64,000 nucleotides of DNA from Asterias rubens (taxonomy: Eukaryota): positions 10,912,001 to 10,976,000 of the forward strand of contig NC_047077.1 in the NCBI RefSeq assembly GCF_902459465.1, written 5' to 3'. The first letter of the stretch is position 1. Each line of letters begins with the position of its first letter. This document shows positions 61,801 to 64,000 of this stretch, piece after piece. The position numbers were made by a program, and so were the translations under genes. The notes beneath the pieces are model-generated. The model saw only the letters and a program-made list of their open reading frames with translations, was not told the origin of the DNA and did not search any database.

Positions 61801-63632
61801 AGCAAGAAGCCGTCTTGGGTCGTAGACGTCAAGAAGACATCCTGCTACGGGAAGAGAAAGCCAAGAGTCATGTGACCAAGATGATGAAAGAGAAACGGAA
61901 GGCTCTGTCACGTCGAGAGGTATGTTGAATCCAATCAGGAATTTGTAGTCAGCGTTTTATGAAGCGCACTTTCCCAATGTTTTAGAATGCGCTGGGGCAG
62001 TAGTTCCAGAGAGGAAACAAAAAGTAATTTAACCAGCCCATGTTCATAAAGCTGTTAATCAGAAAATGCTGCTTGGCAAATTTGACAATGCATACAGGAT
62101 AAAAATTAAAATATGCATTGATAGGCTTACTACACAGTACACAAAATACAAAAACGGTTTAAAAACCACGTTATAAACAGTTTAGTGTTTGATGGATACT
62201 GTCAATATTACATACTGATCCTCAAACTTAAAGGCAGCCCAACTTTAAAACACCTTGCTACGCACCTATTTTTTTCCCTTTAAACATGAGTTCTATCAGG
62301 CTTAAAATTTGTAGTAAAAAAAAAAAACTTTACTTTCCTCTTCCTCACAGCAACTCAATTTGCAGAAGGAGCGTCTTCTTCAGGATCAACTTCACAAGAC
62401 ATTCAGGAAGTCAGAAAACCAACTGTTGAGATCTCTGCAGATCAGAAAAGGGGAAGTCAAGGTAACATCAATTATAGTATACACATAATGAATGTTTATG
62501 AGTGCAATGGTGCGAATATGTTCATGAGTTGAAAGATGGAATGTTCTATTCAACGAGGCGGAGCCGAGTTGAATGGAACATTCCAGCTTTCAACGAATGA
62601 ACATATTCACACCATTGCACGAATGAAAAACATCTTTGTCATTTTGATTGAAAGATACAACTTTCAAAACAAACAATTTCAACTGTAGAAGCTGAATGCT
62701 AGTAATTTTACTATGCCTTCTTGCAGTAACACCTGCTGCGTTACCAAAGACACGCGCACGCAGTGATGTTTTTACTCAGCTTTTTCGTTCCATCTGAAAA
62801 GTACCATTGCACGCTGCCAGCGTGCAATGGTACTTTTCGGATGGAACGAAAAAGCACGGTGAGTGACTCAGCGTGCAATGGTACTTTTATTTGCTATCAC
62901 GTGACGGACAATCCTACAATCAAATGGCAAGGATCTGCTTGGGTGTTATATAATTATCATTATACACTGTTATAGAAGTAGTGTTAAGAGTAGAACAATA
63001 TCAACTTGTACAACGTGATCCCGACGGTCGGGAACCAATCGCAGGCCTACGATTTCTCAGTTGTTGTGACCTGAGCATATTGTGTCTGCGCCTTGCTGCC
63101 TTGCCTTGCGGGCGCATGAAAATTGTAGGTCGACCTGAGGTCGGCTTTACTCTCCCTGATATTGTGCAGAAAGTTCCCTAAAAAAAAATGTTTTGATGAA
63201 CAAATTCAAAAAGTTTCCTTGAATATGGAAACCTTTTCTGATTTCAAGAAACTTTTTCTGATTTCCTTTTCTGAATTCATCATCATCATTTTGGCTTATC
63301 CATTCTTCACATAATGTTTGGTATTATTCTTGTTAGACTATGTATGGTGATCTGATGATGGCCGATGGACAGTACGGCGGATCTGTAAGATTTCTCTGAT
63401 TTCAAGATGCAAATGTTGTCAGCTCTTTCATCATCATCATCATTTTGGCATATCCATTCTTCACATAATGTTTGGTATTATTCTTGTTAGACTATGTATG
63501 GTGATCTGATGATGGCCGATGGACAGTACGGTGGGTCTAAAGGTAGACGCTGGAAGGTGGATTGGAACCGTGCCCCTCAACCGATACAGATTAAGCTCAC
63601 TACACTCAGAGGAGTAAAAAACAAACTGCCTG
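55860..63632 (+). CDS. OFCC1: 5' part of a large gene, probable OFCC1/ojoplano-like protein (continues past the gap and window end)
   Basis: In-frame exons 55860-56028, 56670-56888, 58626-58868, 59722-59877, 60434-60690, 61758-61919, 62351-62461, (63337-63384) and 63491-63632. Acidic disordered N-terminus, coiled coil, then TMYGDL..RRWKVDWNRAPQPIQIKLTTLRGVKNKLP. The gene model is solid; the family name is from recalled similarity only. Confidence 0.55.
62480..62990. mobile_element. Non-autonomous hairpin element (possibly Crypton-type)
   Basis: Arms at 62502-62620 (gtgcaatggtgcgaatatgttc..ttcaac / gttgaa..gaacatattcacaccattgcac) around the loop gaggcggagccga. Confidence 0.5.
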
Positions 63633-63649
63633 GTAAAGAGACTTTTCTT

Positions 63650-63872
63650 NNNNNNNNNNNNNNNNNNNNNNNNNNNNNNNNNNNNNNNNNNNNNNNNNNN
63701 NNNNNNNNNNNNNNNNNNNNNNNNNNNNNNNNNNNNNNNNNNNNNNNNNNNNNNNNNNNNNNNNNNNNNNNNNNNNNNNNNNNNNNNNNNNNNNNNNNNN
63801 NNNNNNNNNNNNNNNNNNNNNNNNNNNNNNNNNNNNNNNNNNNNNNNNNNNNNNNNNNNNNNNNNNNNNNNN
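63650..63872. other. Assembly gap (N run)
   Basis: Run of N bases. Confidence 1.
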
Positions 63873-64000
63873 AGTCAAGGAAACTCAGAAAACTTCTACA
63901 AGGGGATATAAGCATGAAGCTGGCAACAACCAATCTCTCTCATACAAAAAAAATTATTGGTTCACGTGGTTGTGTGACTTCCTGTCCTTGATTAATTTTG

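Noticed and set aside
63494-63991. 165-aa ORF spanning the N run
   Set aside because: Artefact of translating through the gap; the real exon ends at the donor at 63633.

Overview
AT-rich, intron-containing eukaryotic DNA from a marine invertebrate, most likely an echinoderm (inferred from the gene models and repeat families, not proven). Six protein-coding genes were reconstructed by hand from GT-AG junctions. (1) An intronless rhodopsin-class GPCR (-) with a 24-bp coding tandem repeat in its third intracellular loop. (2) Cathepsin B (+, 7 coding exons). (3) Phosphatidylserine synthase 1 (-, 13 exons). (4) MTERF3 (+, 5 coding exons), head-to-head with PTDSS1 as in human. (5) MRPL53 (-, 3 exons, not visible in the ORF track). 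(6) The 5' part of a probable OFCC1/ojoplano-like gene (+), which contains a freshly duplicated 48-nt mini-exon just before an assembly gap. The rest is a dense mosaic of non-autonomous DNA transposons and tRNA-derived SINEs. These include TTAA-targeting Kolobok-like MITE families, CWG-targeting Harbinger-like MITEs, GG..CC elements with 8-bp TSDs (Merlin-like), and foldback or hairpin elements. No autonomous transposase, rRNA, true tRNA gene or CRISPR array was seen. Almost all short ORFs in the supplied track are repeat-derived or antisense artefacts. Superfamily and orthology calls rest on recalled family features and need database confirmation.
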